Shown here: positions 51,773 through 64,000 of the stretch, in pieces
Position numbering within the stretch: position 1 is the stretch's first letter
Layout of the letters: each line of letters starts with the position of its first letter
Assembly: GCF_963921235.1 (NCBI RefSeq)
Contig: NC_086109.1
Span: 27,034,001-27,098,000 of the forward strand
DNA length: 64,000 nucleotides
Reading direction: 5' to 3'
From: Mobula hypostoma
Taxonomy: Eukaryota
Notes under the pieces: model-generated
Seen by the model: only the letters and a program-made list of their open reading frames with translations
What the model was told of the DNA's origin: nothing
The model's database searches: none
Made by a program: the position numbers and the translations under genes

Positions 51773-52176
51773 ATTTAGACTCTAGTAAAACACCACAAAG
51801 TCCCTGCTTCTTTTTTATGTAATGCTTTCTTACACACCATTGTCTGTTCTAATGGTTGATGGGAACACCAGAAACCAATCTATCGATGAGCTTTACTTAA
51901 GCATTCAATCTTCAGATCTGATAGTGCAGTTTAGACCATTTGCTCACTTCAAATCATTTCTTTTATCTCATTTTAAATTACCTTTCATTCTCCATGATTA
52001 TCAGTGAAACAATCTCTTCTCAGCTATTTGGAGTATATTTCCGTCTGTTTCTGAGATTTCTCCTCCAGTTACTGACTCCAGTTTATTACTGTTCTGCAAG
52101 TGATGTGCTGAATCAGCAACAGATAATTCAGCATATTATTATGTCATTTCTTCATCATAAACTTTGAGGAGACTAA

Positions 52177-52840
52177 TGTAAAATGAAAGTGACTAGCTGT
52201 GCTGCGCCTGGCTAGTGTAGTGCCCTGATTCACATCTTTACTGTTATGCTGTACGTGTTTCATTTAGCAGCTCTGTAAGAGCTGTTTGTTCTGCTTTCAG
52301 CCTGTTTGGGTTATTGTTAAAGATCAGGGATGATGTGAAATGTGTGCCATCCAATTAGCGGGAGGTTTTTTCTTGGTGAAGGACGATAAGTTTGGTCTTG
52401 GGATTTTGTTTGAGAGGAGATGCGGGGAGAACTGGTAGTAGCATACGATCAGGTGGGAGACTTGTTTGTTCGAGATGGATTGCAAGTGACGTTCGGAAGG
52501 TGGTGTACTCATGTTGACCGAGGGGCCAGCGCGTGAGTGAAAGAGAAATTCAAGATGAGCTGTAACTTGTGCACATTTGACTGTTTAATTAGAATGCGTC
52601 CTTTTCTTTTTGTTAGTGCCTACTAACCCCTTAGTTAAGATTCATAAATATATTTCCTTTAATTGTATGCAGATAATTGTCTGTTATTTCATGGCACTCA
52701 TTTGTAACAGGGTAACAAATTACTCAGCATCCACACAAACAGGGGGTTTGGGGTGGGCTCGGGCCTCAATCTCACACGTTTGGCGGGGCCAGAGATTGTC
52801 TCCCCTAGACATATGCAGCCGTGGAAACCAGAGAGTTTCA
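52177..52840 (+). mobile_element. Possible LTR-like repeat
   Basis: Compositionally distinct CpG-containing block ending GTTTCA; no convincing TSD. Confidence 0.35.
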
Positions 52841-53039
52841 GTAGCTAAATTCATTCAGACGATTATATTCAAGATCTTGAAGGCTGCATTGAGCCACCTG
52901 TACTCACAGTTGACCAACAAGCAAAGATTGGACTTCACTTGTGTCATTCTCTGTACAGAAACATATGATCCAAAGGCCGATTTCTCTCCCTATGGTTAAG
53001 TCACATGTGTCAATAGGGCTTTCTGCAACCTATTGCAAT

Positions 53040-53325
53040 CAAAAGTTCAAGTTCAAAGTAAATATATTATCAAAATATGCAAATGTCACCATATACTACC
53101 CTGAGATTCATTTTCTCTTGGGTATTCACAGTAGAGAAAAAAACACAATAGAATCACTTGAAAACTACACACAGATAGAGAGGGACAAACAACCAATGTG
53201 CAACAAAGTCAAATGTGCAAATAAAAAACCCAAATGATAATAACAATGGAAATAAATAATACTGAGAACATGAGTTCTCGAGTCTTTGAAAGTGAATCCA
53301 TAGGTTGTGAAAACAATTGCGTGTT
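53040..53325 (-). mobile_element. Rex1-type 3' tail fragment
   Basis: AAGTTCAAGTTCAAAGTAAATATATTATCAAA...CCTGAGATTCATTTTC. Confidence 0.75.
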
Positions 53326-53734
53326 AAGGCCCCACTTAGCCTCACTTCAAAAATGGGTTGACAGTGACTATGATGGCTTCTAAATTGATTGGAATTTTAA
53401 AATTAGTGCAATTCAAATGTTATGACAAATTGTTCGGAGCTGCATTTTAGATTTAATCCACTGTTTAAATTTGCATCTGAAGACAGTTGCTGAAGTTACT
53501 TGTGATATGTACTAACCCCAAACACCGCTCTAACCAGCAATTGTTGGGCACTTTAGAAACAAAGTTGTCCTCCCAATACAGCATCAATTTGGGAGGCCTC
53601 CAGGCTGATGAAAAACTGAGCTAAATCATAACCTTCAACTTTTACTATATCCTGTCAATATCTGCTGAAACTCTCTCCCCATAAAATCATCAATGGATCA
53701 ATTTAATTCCGCTTTAACTCTTCACTCTAATTTA

Positions 53735-54191
53735 AGGCTGATTTTTACTTCTGCGTCCAATCGACGCCAGTCGCCACGAACCCTACACAGAGCCTATGCA
53801 GATCCCTATGCCGTAGCCTGACGTGCACCTCTCCCAAAATGTGTCGCGGCAACGCAGACCGCAAGAACTGTGATTGGTCCGCTTGCAATAGCTTCCCATT
53901 GGGCGACTGAAGGGAAGGGAAGGAGCTCTGGCTGCAATGCTTTCCATAAAGCTTTACAGACCTCCGAAATTATGGAGGACACATTTCGCTTTTACGAGAA
54001 AAGATGCTTGCTTCAAATTTATTTACCCCGAGAAAGACTACCATGATCAGGCAGGTGTGTGCGGATGCGTGATGTGCCCGAATTGCAGAGCGACGCAGAC
54101 ACACCAATGCACAAGCATAAATGCTCACAACGTGCGTAGGCCACTTATGTAGGTTACGGCGTCCATTTGACGCACAAGTATAAATCAGCCT
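53735..54191. mobile_element. PIF/Harbinger-type MITE
   Basis: 27-bp TIRs AGGCTGATTT(T/A)TACTT(C/G)TGCGTC(C/A)AAT, TTA TSD on both sides. Confidence 0.85.
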
Positions 54192-54269
54192 TTAGACTAT
54201 GCACAAGCATACCCATAAAGCACTCACAGACAGAAATATATGCACATATGTCCATAAACACACTTGAGT

Positions 54270-54270
<1 letters not shown>

Positions 54271-54318
<48 letters not shown>
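54271..54318. repeat. (CA)n microsatellite
   Basis: Direct observation. Confidence 0.99.
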
Positions 54319-54320
<2 letters not shown>

Positions 54321-54959
54321 GTTGGTGTATCCCTGCAGAAATTGACTAAAATCTCCAGCTACCAGAAACTCCACACGGGAAGAAAGGTCAACAGCACATG
54401 TTGAGAAACTGATTTGCAACTGAGATTTGATGCAGTGGGACAATTGTTCGAGCGTGTTAGAATTCTTATGCAATCATCTCTAATTTAAGTTTTTAATGTG
54501 CAGTTTGTTATTCTTATCACCAAAGTACAAGAGGTTTCCATCATTCTCTGAAGAATTGATCCACTGGCTTCTATCACAGCAGGCAAGCACTGACATACGT
54601 TTTCTGCTTATGAATAAGAAAATGAAAGATACCTGCCGAGCTGACATTCTATTCAAATCTAATCCTCTGTTATTTTTAGTGCACTGCATTAGTATATTGT
54701 CAAATAACTGGGCTTGCAACTTAATTAGTGGATGGGTAAATGTCATCCTCCTGAGCTTTAGCAGTGTTTGAGGAAGAAGAGTTGCAAACCCTTATATTAC
54801 TGTTACTGGGTTATCAGCAGAAAATTACCAGAGCTGGCAGACGAGTGAAGTGACCTCAAATGCTGGGTTGCATCTGCCACATTAACTTGATAGGAAGTCA
54901 GATTGCTCTTTGTATGGACAAGCAAACATGCAGAGGCCCAGTGGTGCTTGGAGTTTAAC

Positions 54960-55560
54960 ATAAGTTCACAATAGCATAGGAACTGGAAGCAGCACCAGGC
55001 CACCTTGGCCCCTTGGGACAGCCCCTTTCATAAAGATCATGGCTCTTTTTTTATATAGCATAATGGCACTCTCCTTTACATCCTTTAAAATCTTAAAATC
55101 CATCCATCTCTATGCTCCAATATGGAGAGGGAATTCCAAAGATCCACTTCAATCTGTTGAAGAAATTTCTCCAAATCTCAATTTTGAACCCTATATTCTG
55201 AATCTGTGATTCTGGTTCTAGACACCTAAGGCAGGGGAAATATCAATTCTACATCCACACTTAAATACCCTTAGGAACATTGATAAAATCATTTATCATT
55301 CTTCTACAATTCATAGTCCCATTCTCCTTACCTTCTCTTATAAGGCAGCCCTGCCATCTCAGACACAACCTAGTGAACCTTCATTGCAATTCCTTTATTG
55401 CAAGTGCACAGGGAAAGAGGGAGACCAGATCTGTACACAATGTTGCAATCTCAGCTTTACCAAGACTATAACTGCAGTAAATCAAATGCTCTTGTATTTG
55501 ATTTTTTTTGTACAATAAAAGCAATGTGACTTTTGTTTTCCATGTTGCTTTTTGAACCTA
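54960..55560 (-). mobile_element. Highly degenerate CR1 3' fragment
   Basis: GGAATTCCAAAGAT...GAAGAAATTTCTCC...CTGGTTCTAGAC. Confidence 0.6.
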
Positions 55561-56019
55561 CCCAGTTGACCTTCCATGAATCACAAACACTTCACTTTTC
55601 TATATTTTTTTCCACATTTTATTTACCAGTTCTTCAAACATTCACTTAGCCGGCATAGGTCCTCCAGAATGTCACTGCAAGCTTCTCAGAACCCGATTAC
55701 CACATGGATTTGTTTCATTCGTAAACTTAGATACATTACACATGATTCCCTCAACCAAATTATTCGTATAGATTGTAAATAGCCGCATCTCAAACTAAAG
55801 CTGAATCATATATTCACATACCTTGTTTCTTGCTCCTTAAACAATCCTCAGTTTATGCCAGTATATTACCCCTGACACTGTGTACCTTCTGGTTACATGA
55901 TCTTATATTTTCTTCGCTGATGTCAAGTTAACTGGTTTATAGATCAGTATTTTCCCTTCTCTCCTCTTTTAAATAGTTGGAATTTTGAAAGCTTACTGCC
56001 ACTGAAAGGGCACTGAGAC

Positions 56020-57018
56020 TAAGCACAGCTCCAATACCATATTTAAGTTTTTTGACAGTGACACTGTTGTTGGCCGAAGGTGGTAACAAATCAGCATATA
56101 GGAGAGAGATTGAAAATCTGGCTGAGTGTGCCAAAACAACAGCCTCTCAATGTCAGAAGGACCATGGAGCTGACTATTGACTACAGGAGGAGGAAACCAG
56201 AGGTCCATGAGCCAGTCCTCATCAGGGGATCAGAGGTGGATAGGGTTAGTAATTTTAGATTTCTCGGTGTTATCATTTCAGAGGACCTGTCCTGGGCCCA
56301 TCATGTAACTGCAATTACAAAGAAAGCATGTTAGCGCCTCTACTTCCTGAGAAGTTTGCGAAGTTGCAGCATGACATCTAAAACTTTGCAAACTTGTATG
56401 GATGTGTGGTGGAGAGTATATTGACTACTTGCATCATGGTCTAGTATGGAAACACCTTGAATGGAAAATCCCTCAAGAAGTAATGGATATGGCTCAGTCC
56501 ATCATGGTAAAGCCCTCCCAACCCTGGAGCACATGGACTAGGAGCGCTGTCACAGGAAAGCAGCATCCATAATCAACGACTCCTACCACCCAAGCCATGC
56601 TCTCTTCTTGCTGCTGCCATTAGGAAGAAGACGCAGGAGCCTCAGTACTCATACCTCCAGGTTCAGCAACAGTTACTACCACTCAAACATTAAGCTCTTG
56701 AACCAGTGGGGATATCTTCACTCCCCTTCACTTGCTGCATCATTGAACTGTTCCCAAAACCCATAGATTCACTTTCGAGGACTCTTCATCTCATGTTCTT
56801 GATATTAATTGCTTACTTTTTTTTCTCTTTTGTATTTACACAGTTGCCCTTTCTACATTGGTTGTTTGTCTGTCCTATTGGGTGCAGTCTTTCATTGATT
56901 CTATTGTGTTTCTTGCATCTCTTGGATTTACTCTGTATGCCTGCAAGAAAATAAATCTCAGGTTTGTATATGGTGACATATACATATGTACTTTGATAAT
57001 AAATTTACTTTGAACTTT
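56020..57018 (+). mobile_element. Rex1/Babar LINE 3' part, degenerate
   Basis: LNVRRTMELTIDYRRRK...VSNFRFLGVIISEDLSW; TTTGATAATAAATTTACTTTGAAC tail. Confidence 0.88.
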
Positions 57019-57276
57019 TAATTGAAAACCAATGAAAAATGAACAGCAGCTCCTTAGCCACTTATTTTAAAAACATTGGATGTATGTCATTGAATGTTCA
57101 GGAGTTATTGCTTTTCTGTAATTTCTTCAGTCCAACATTTTTGCTAACGCTAATTTACTAGCCTCCTTGTTTGCTCTGCACCAAGTATGCCTGCTACATC
57201 TGGGCGGTCTGTGTTCTCCTGTGAAGACAAATAGGAAATATTTGTTTACTTTGTCTACCATTTCACTATTGTTCAA

Positions 57277-58368
57277 GATAAGGCCATAAGACTATAAAGT
57301 ATTGGAGCAGAAGTAGGACATTTGGCCTTTTAGTCTGCTCAGCCATTCTATTATGACTGATCTATTATCCCTCTCAACCCCACTTTCCCATTTTCTCCCT
57401 GTAATCTTTGACACCATGACCAATCAACTTCCTCTTTAAATATATGCATTGACTTGGCCTCCACATCCTTCCATGGCAATGAATTCCAAAGAGTTCACCA
57501 TCCTATGGCTAAAGAAATTACTCTTCATCTCTGATTTAATTAGACATCTTGCTTTTCTGAGGTTGTGCCCTTTGGTTCTAGACTCTCCCACTGTAAAAAG
57601 CATTCTCTCCACATCTATATTACCTAGGCCTTTCAATATCCAATAGGTTTCAATAAGATGCCCTACATTTCTCTAAATACTAATGAATACAGGCCCAGAG
57701 CTAACAGGTGTGCCTCACACATTAACCCTTTCATTCCTGACATAATTTTCATGCACCTCCTCTGGACCATCCACAATGCCAGCACGTTTTTTCTTAGATA
57801 AGGAGCCCAAAACTGATCACAATCCCCAATTTTGGTCTGACCAATGCCTTACAAAGCCTCCGTATTATATCCTTGCTTTTGTATTCTAGTCATCTCAAAA
57901 TGAATGCTCACATTGCATTTGCCTTCCTTACCACCGACTCAACCTGCAAGTTAATATTTAGGAAATTTTGCACAAGGACTCTGAAATCTCTTTACACCTC
58001 TGATTTTTGAATTTTCTTCCCAGTTAGAAAATAGTCTTTGGCTTTATTCCTTCTACCAACATGCATCACCATACACTTCCACACTTTGTATTTCACCTGC
58101 TACTTCTTTGCCCATTCTGCTAACCTGCTCAAGCTCTTCTTCAGACTCCCTGCTTCCTTAACACTATCTGTCCCTCCACCTATCTTTGTATCATATTCAC
58201 AAACTTGGCCACAAAGGCATCAATTCCTTCATCTAAATCATTGGCATATAACATGAAAAGAAGTGGTCACAACACCGACCTTTGTGGCACACCACTAGTT
58301 ACTGGCAGTCAACCAGGGAAGTGTCCCTTTATCCCCATTGCTTTTCTCCTGCCAGTCAGCCAATCTTC
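57277..58368 (-). mobile_element. CR1 LINE RT 3' part
   Basis: Collinear with 22530-23600; ESRTKGHNLR...NFFSHRMVNS. Confidence 0.88.
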
Positions 58369-58529
58369 TATCGAGATCATTTCTCCTGTCTCATTCTGCT
58401 AAGTCTCATTAGCTTTTGTTTAATCATTTCCTTCCCACATTTCTATGGGAGCTCATACCATCTGCCTTTATTTATCATTCTAATATTTTATTTTCCCTTT
58501 CTTTATCAATACTTTCATTTCTCAAGGTC

Positions 58530-58702
58530 ACTAGTTCGAGCTTCAGCTGTGGCAGCGTGTTTATGCCCTTGAGCAAGGCACTTAATCACACATTGCTCTA
58601 GTCTGTGCGAGGTGTGGTACCCCACACAAACTTCCAATCTACGCTTTGTAAGGCATGAAAATGCCCGATGCAGGCCTCTCATGGTCTGAGTCGATATTCC
58701 CC
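58530..58702 (+). mobile_element. tRNA-derived SINE fragment
   Basis: GTTCGAG B-box-like motif followed by GCCCTTGAGCAAGGCACTTAA. Confidence 0.55.
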
Positions 58703-58939
58703 CTTCATTTCCCTCCCCTTTTGCTGAATTCTGAAAATTTCCCAGTATTTGGGGTTACTGCTTTATCTTGGCAGTGGTATAAACTTTTCTTTTGTTCTAA
58801 TACTATTTTTTACTTTGTTTCTATGTCTGAATCTCTTTTGCTCTTGGACTTCTTTTTTTTTTGCCTTGGGAGAGTATCCAGGCTGTGTTCTCTTCTTGCT
58901 GCTGCCATCAGGAAGGAGGGACAGGAGTCTTAGGTCAGA

Positions 58940-59148
58940 GAACGGCCAGACTAATTCAAGCTGACAGGAAGGTAAGAGTATCTCAAATAACCACATGTTA
59001 CAACAGTGGTGTGCAGATGAATATCTCTGAATGTGCAGCACATCAAACCTTGAAGCGGATGGGCTACAGCAGCAGAAGACCATGAACATACATATAGTGG
59101 CCACTTTAGTAGGTACAGGAGGTACCTAATAAAGTGGGCACTGAGCGT
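58940..59148 (+). mobile_element. Tc1-like element, partial third copy
   Basis: ARLIQADRKVRVSQITTCYNSG...ISE...TLKRMGYSSRRP, then a double-TIR end and TA. Confidence 0.8.
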
Positions 59149-60677
59149 ATATTACTTCCAAACTATTTAAAATATACTGCTTCTTTTTTAATTGCTTTTG
59201 AGTAACTCCTATCATATCCTCCAGTGTAGTTTTCCGACCAACCGTAGCCAAATCATGCTGTAGTCAAATACGCTGGTTTTTATTCTACAAATACAGACCC
59301 TGGTTTCAGATAAACCTAATGGTTTAATACATCTGAGTGTAATATATTCAACTCATTGGTGGATGTGGGTTAGGTGTCAGTCATGATCTGAGGGAGATTT
59401 GGCACAGACTAAATGGGCTGAAGGGTCTGTTTCTGTGCTGTAATGTTCTATGACTCAAGGGTTATGTTGTATAAAGGACAGGTTAATTTGACTTGTGGAA
59501 TTTTAGTGGCCCAGAACAATATCAATATGTTGTTTGATCTTGATGTATGATTGCCCTGAAGAAAGGTGCACTTAGGTGATATCCAGATATGAAGTAATAT
59601 TTACCTTCTAGGCTATTGATAAGAAAGGATGCTGGAAATACTCAGATTAATTTAAAAATAAAGCATCAAACCATTTTAATAAAGCAAGTTAGGGAAGACA
59701 TGCTGTCAAATTATTCAAAGAGAAACAAAGAAAGATTTAAGAATGAAAGTATGGAATGTTCAGCAAGTGACTGAAATAAGTGTTGATAAATAAAAGAATG
59801 GACGAAGAACAGCAAAAAATCAGACTAAAAGTTGGATAAGTGAGGAAAAAGACTGATGGACAAATGCAAGATAGGAGAAAAAGGTTTAGCAAAGACCTGG
59901 GACTCAATGGATGGGCAGGATGAAATTGGATTCTTGTGCAGGCAGGCTAAAGGGGAATGATAATAATAAAACATTGAAGAGAACTTAAATATTGTTAGTA
60001 TATTTACAGTAAGGCTTTAAAACCATTTAATTATTACAGCTAACTGTGCAGCATTAAACAACGTAATTGTAAGGTGCATTTTAAAATAATGGGTTGTGTT
60101 TTATGTAAATTGTGTAATTGAATTGTGTTCTATTCAAGTGTGAAATTATACTTTGAAAATAATGCGATGTGGGTTAATTGGTGGTAACTGAAATCATAGA
60201 TTTCAATGGAAAATAGAGAACTTGTATCTGAGGAGTAACTCTGTTCCAGTGAGAGCCACAACTTTCACAATGGCTAACTAGATTATACCCTTTGAGCAAT
60301 GAAAGATTATCTGCTACTTCAAACCACTTGTTATATTTTCTGTTTGGAAACTGATCCGAAAACAGCAGGATGATATTTAAGTTAGTAGCAAATGGCTTAG
60401 AAAGAGTTGGGTCTCGGAAAAGCATGTTATATTAGTGGTATAGGAAGATCAATTAATTACTTGTTTTGAGAATAAACTGTGATAATGTTCTATTGTACAT
60501 GAGACCCATTTTGTCAGACTGACCATCGCACATCTGGTGCACTGAAAATCATTTTATTTGTGAGTTCTCTTGTTACAGGTTTGTAAAGAAAGAACAGGTA
60601 AATCTTGGGCCTAGTTTGCATGCTACAATTGCGAGGTCAAAATTTGGGGATTAGCTTGGATTCAGTTTTGCTTGCAG

Positions 60678-60681
<4 letters not shown>

Positions 60682-60756
<75 letters not shown>

Positions 60757-60767
60757 TGTATGTGTGT
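60682..60767. repeat. (TG)n microsatellite
   Basis: Direct observation. Confidence 0.99.
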
Positions 60768-60906
60768 AGGGGGTGGGGTAGTGCCAGGCTGGTCAGGTAT
60801 CAGTGATGTTTGAGAAAGACTAAGACCACAAGAGTCATGTTAGGGACATCAGTGTTCAGCTGTTGAGCTGAGGTATTTGGGATTATGATTGAATTGTGAT
60901 CAAGTA

Positions 60907-62940
60907 CAACAGGGGGATGGGAACCAGTGCAGAGAGACAGAGGGGTGTAAAGTGAGGGTAGAAGCAAAAAGTAGTAAGGAGAAAAGTAAAAGTGGCAGGC
61001 CGACGAATCCAGGGCAAGCATCAAAAAGGGCCACTTTTCAACATAACTGTATGAGGGCTAAGAGAGTTGTAAAAGAGCACCTGAAGGCTTTGTGTGTCAA
61101 TGCGAGAAGCATTCATAACAAGGTGGATGAATTGAAAGTGCAGATTGTTATTAATGATTATGATATAGTTGGGATCACAGAGACATGGCTCCAGGGTGAC
61201 CAAGGATGGGAGCTCAACGTTCAGGGATATTCAATATTCAGGAGGGATAGACATGAAAGAAAAGGAGGTGGGGTGGCGTTGCTGGTTAAAGATGAGATTA
61301 ACGCAATGGAAAGGAAGGACATAAGCCGGGAAGATGTGGAATTGATATGGGTAGAGCTGCATAACACTAAGGGGCAGAAAACGCTGGTGGGAGTTGTGTA
61401 CAGGCCACCTAACAATAGTAGTGAGGTCGGAGATGGTATTAAACAGGAAATTAGAAATGTGTGCAATAAAGGAACAGCAGTTATAATGGGTGACTTCAAT
61501 CTACATGTAGATTGGGTGAACCAAATTGGTAAAGGTGCTGAGGAAGAGGATTTTTTGGAATGTATGCGGGATGGTTTTTTGAACCAACATGTCGAGGAAC
61601 CAACTAGAGAGCAGGCTATTCTAGACTGGGTTTTGAGCAATGAGGAAGGGTTAATTAGCAATCTTGTCGTGAGAGGCCCCTTGGGTAAGAGTGACCATAA
61701 AATGGTGGAATTCTTCATTAAGATGGAGAGTGACATAGTTAATTCAGAAACAAAGGTCCTGAACTTAAAGAGGGGTAACTTTGAAGGTATGAGACGTGAA
61801 TTAGCTAAGATAGACTGGCAAATGACACTTAAAGGATTGACGGTGGATATGCAATGGCAAGCATTTAAAGATTGCATGGATGAACTACAACAATTGTTCA
61901 TCCCAGTTTGGCAAAAGAACAAATCAAGGAAGGTAGTGCACCCGTGGCTGACAAGAGAAATTAGGGATAGTATCAATTCCAAGAAGAAGCGTACAAATTA
62001 GCCAGAAAAAGTGGCTCACCTGAGGACTGGGAGAAATTCAGAGTTCAGCAGAGGAGGACAAAGGGCTTAATTATGAAGGGGAAAAAAGATTATGGGAGAA
62101 AACTGGCAGGGAACATAAAAACTGACTGTAAAAGCTTTTATAGATATGTAAAAAGGAAAAGACTGGTAAAGACAAATGCAGGTCCCCTACAGACAGAAGC
62201 AGGTGAATTGATTATGGGGAGCAAGGACATGGCAGACCAATTGAATAATTACTTTGGTTCTGTCTTCACTAAAGAGGACATAAATAATCTTCCAGAAATA
62301 GTAGGAGACAGAGGGTCCAGTGAGATGGAGGAACTGAGCGAAATACATGTTAGTAGGGAAGTGGTGTTAGGTAAATTGAAGGGATTAAAGGCAGATAAAT
62401 CCCCAGGGCCAGATGGTCTGCATCCCAGAGTGCTTAAGGAAGTAGCCCAAGAAATAGTGGATACATTAGTGATAATTTTTCAAAACTCGTTAGATTCTGG
62501 ACTAGTTCCTGAGGATTGGAGAGTGGCTAATGTAACCCCTCTTTTTAAAAAAGGAGGGAGAGAGAAACCGGGGAATTATAGACCGGATTGGACAGGCTAG
62601 ATGCAGGAAGATTGTTCCCGATGTTGGGGAAGTCCAGAACGAGGGGTCACAGTTTGAGGATAAGGGGGAAGCCTTTTAGGACTGAGATTAGGAAAAACTT
62701 CTTCACACAGAGAGTGGTGAATCTGTGGAATTCTCTGCCACAGGAAACAGTTGAGGCCAGTTCATTGGCTATATTTAAGAGGGAGTTAGATATGGCCTCT
62801 ATGGCTATGGGGATCAGGGGGTATGGAGGGAAGGCTGGTGCAGGGTTCTGAGTTGGATGATCAGCCATGATCATAATAAATGACGATGCAGGCTCGAAGG
62901 GCCGAATGGCCTACTCCTGCACCTATTTTCTATGTTTCTA
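60907..62940 (+). pseudogene. CR1 LINE: APE endonuclease and linker joined to the 3' end, RT deleted
   Basis: ORF 60889-62001 with NARSI, GITETW, VYRPP, MGDFN, LDWVL, SDH; frameshift near 61981; KSPGPDG...GNYRP fused at ~62587 to LDRLDAGRLFP; TTCTATG tail. Confidence 0.93.
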
Positions 62941-64000
62941 AGTATTGAATTTCCATTTGGATTAGGGATATAGAAATCAGAGTTAACTGAGGGGTTGATT
63001 TTATTTTTTAAACAAGATAAATTTTGTTAATAATAAAAAAATACAAGAACAAATCATACAAAATCTTTATATTCATGGACCATAGATTCGGTAGTGATAA
63101 CTTATTGTTTTAGAAACCCATAGCATCATTGCCAGTCATTTCCCTTCCTGGGGTGGTACACCAATACAATATTTAAGGGGCTTCCCCTATAACTCAGCTC
63201 CTCTCTATTCAATAGTGGAAGGAGAGCCATGAGGAGAGGAGTGGTGAATTTTTAACCTCTTGAAGGTGCTTCTCAGAGCCAGGCCAGTTTAGGCAGGTCC
63301 ACTTAGGTAGTGTTGAATCTGGCCACCTACGTTCTGTGAAGGTTGGCATCCACAAGCTACAAATTAGTGACTCTGAATCATGGAAATGACTTTTAATGGT
63401 GTGACATACAGCATTTTAGGCCATTGTTTTTCCAGTGTCCCTATGTGTTAAGGTTAGGTTTAGAGTTAGGGTTGGAAAACCAAAGAGTAAAATCCCACAT
63501 ACCATAAAACATGCATTAGGCTCTTTGTGAAGCATTTTCTGAACAAAAGCGCTGCTTCTCATTGCACATGCATTTTGTGTTATGTGACACAATATGCAGG
63601 ACAAAATCATTTTAAGTTACTTTTCATTCCAATTTCAGACAAGCTCTAATTTGGGAAACTAATACTTTGTAACTCAGATGTGAAATATTTTCATATAGGC
63701 AACGGAAGTGAACTGCGGCAATGCTAGAGGTTACTGCAACATCTTGGACAGGTACAAAAGCATTCTAAAATCTAATGGACAATTGGTCTTTATTCCAGTC
63801 AAAACGGATTAGAAGAAAAAACAAGGAAATGATGTTTCTGTTGAGCAGAGTCTTAACTGGACTCTGTCTGAGAACTATTCCCAATTTTGTATATTGTATT
63901 TTAAGGGTAAATTGGCCCTGAAAAGGCTATCATGGATTAACCAGAATTATACAAGAGCTGAAAGAATTTGCTTACGACACCAAGTAGTATAAAGTTGATT

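Noticed and set aside
61221..61982. 253-aa minus-strand ORF
   Set aside because: Antisense shadow of the CR1 endonuclease
63700..63755. Exon-like segment encoding ATEVNCGNARGYCNILD
   Set aside because: Weak donor (GTACAA), isolated, and too short to assign

Overview
AT-rich eukaryotic (vertebrate) DNA, not prokaryotic. The repeat repertoire points to a cartilaginous fish, probably a ray (inference): CR1 and Rex1/Babar LINEs, V-SINE/HE1-like and Deu-domain SINEs, Penelope-like elements (PLEs), solo LTRs, and hAT, Tc1, Harbinger and Chapaev3 DNA elements. Much of the window is nested, mostly decayed transposons. Almost all ORF-track entries are TE remnants or chance ORFs, and no host gene can be named. 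Highlights: (1) fold-back PLE derivatives with ~14-bp target-site duplications (TSDs) that carry minimal type-I hammerhead ribozyme motifs, the best being a near-perfect spacerless palindrome at 42341-42535; (2) a possible chain of small + strand exons at 1.7-15 kb; (3) a Chapaev3 deletion derivative; (4) a Charlie/SPIN-like hAT interrupted by a solo LTR; (5) non-autonomous elements with Rex1 tails; (6) a CR1 that keeps its endonuclease but has lost its RT. Boundaries of degenerate repeats are approximate; those given with TSDs were read base by base.
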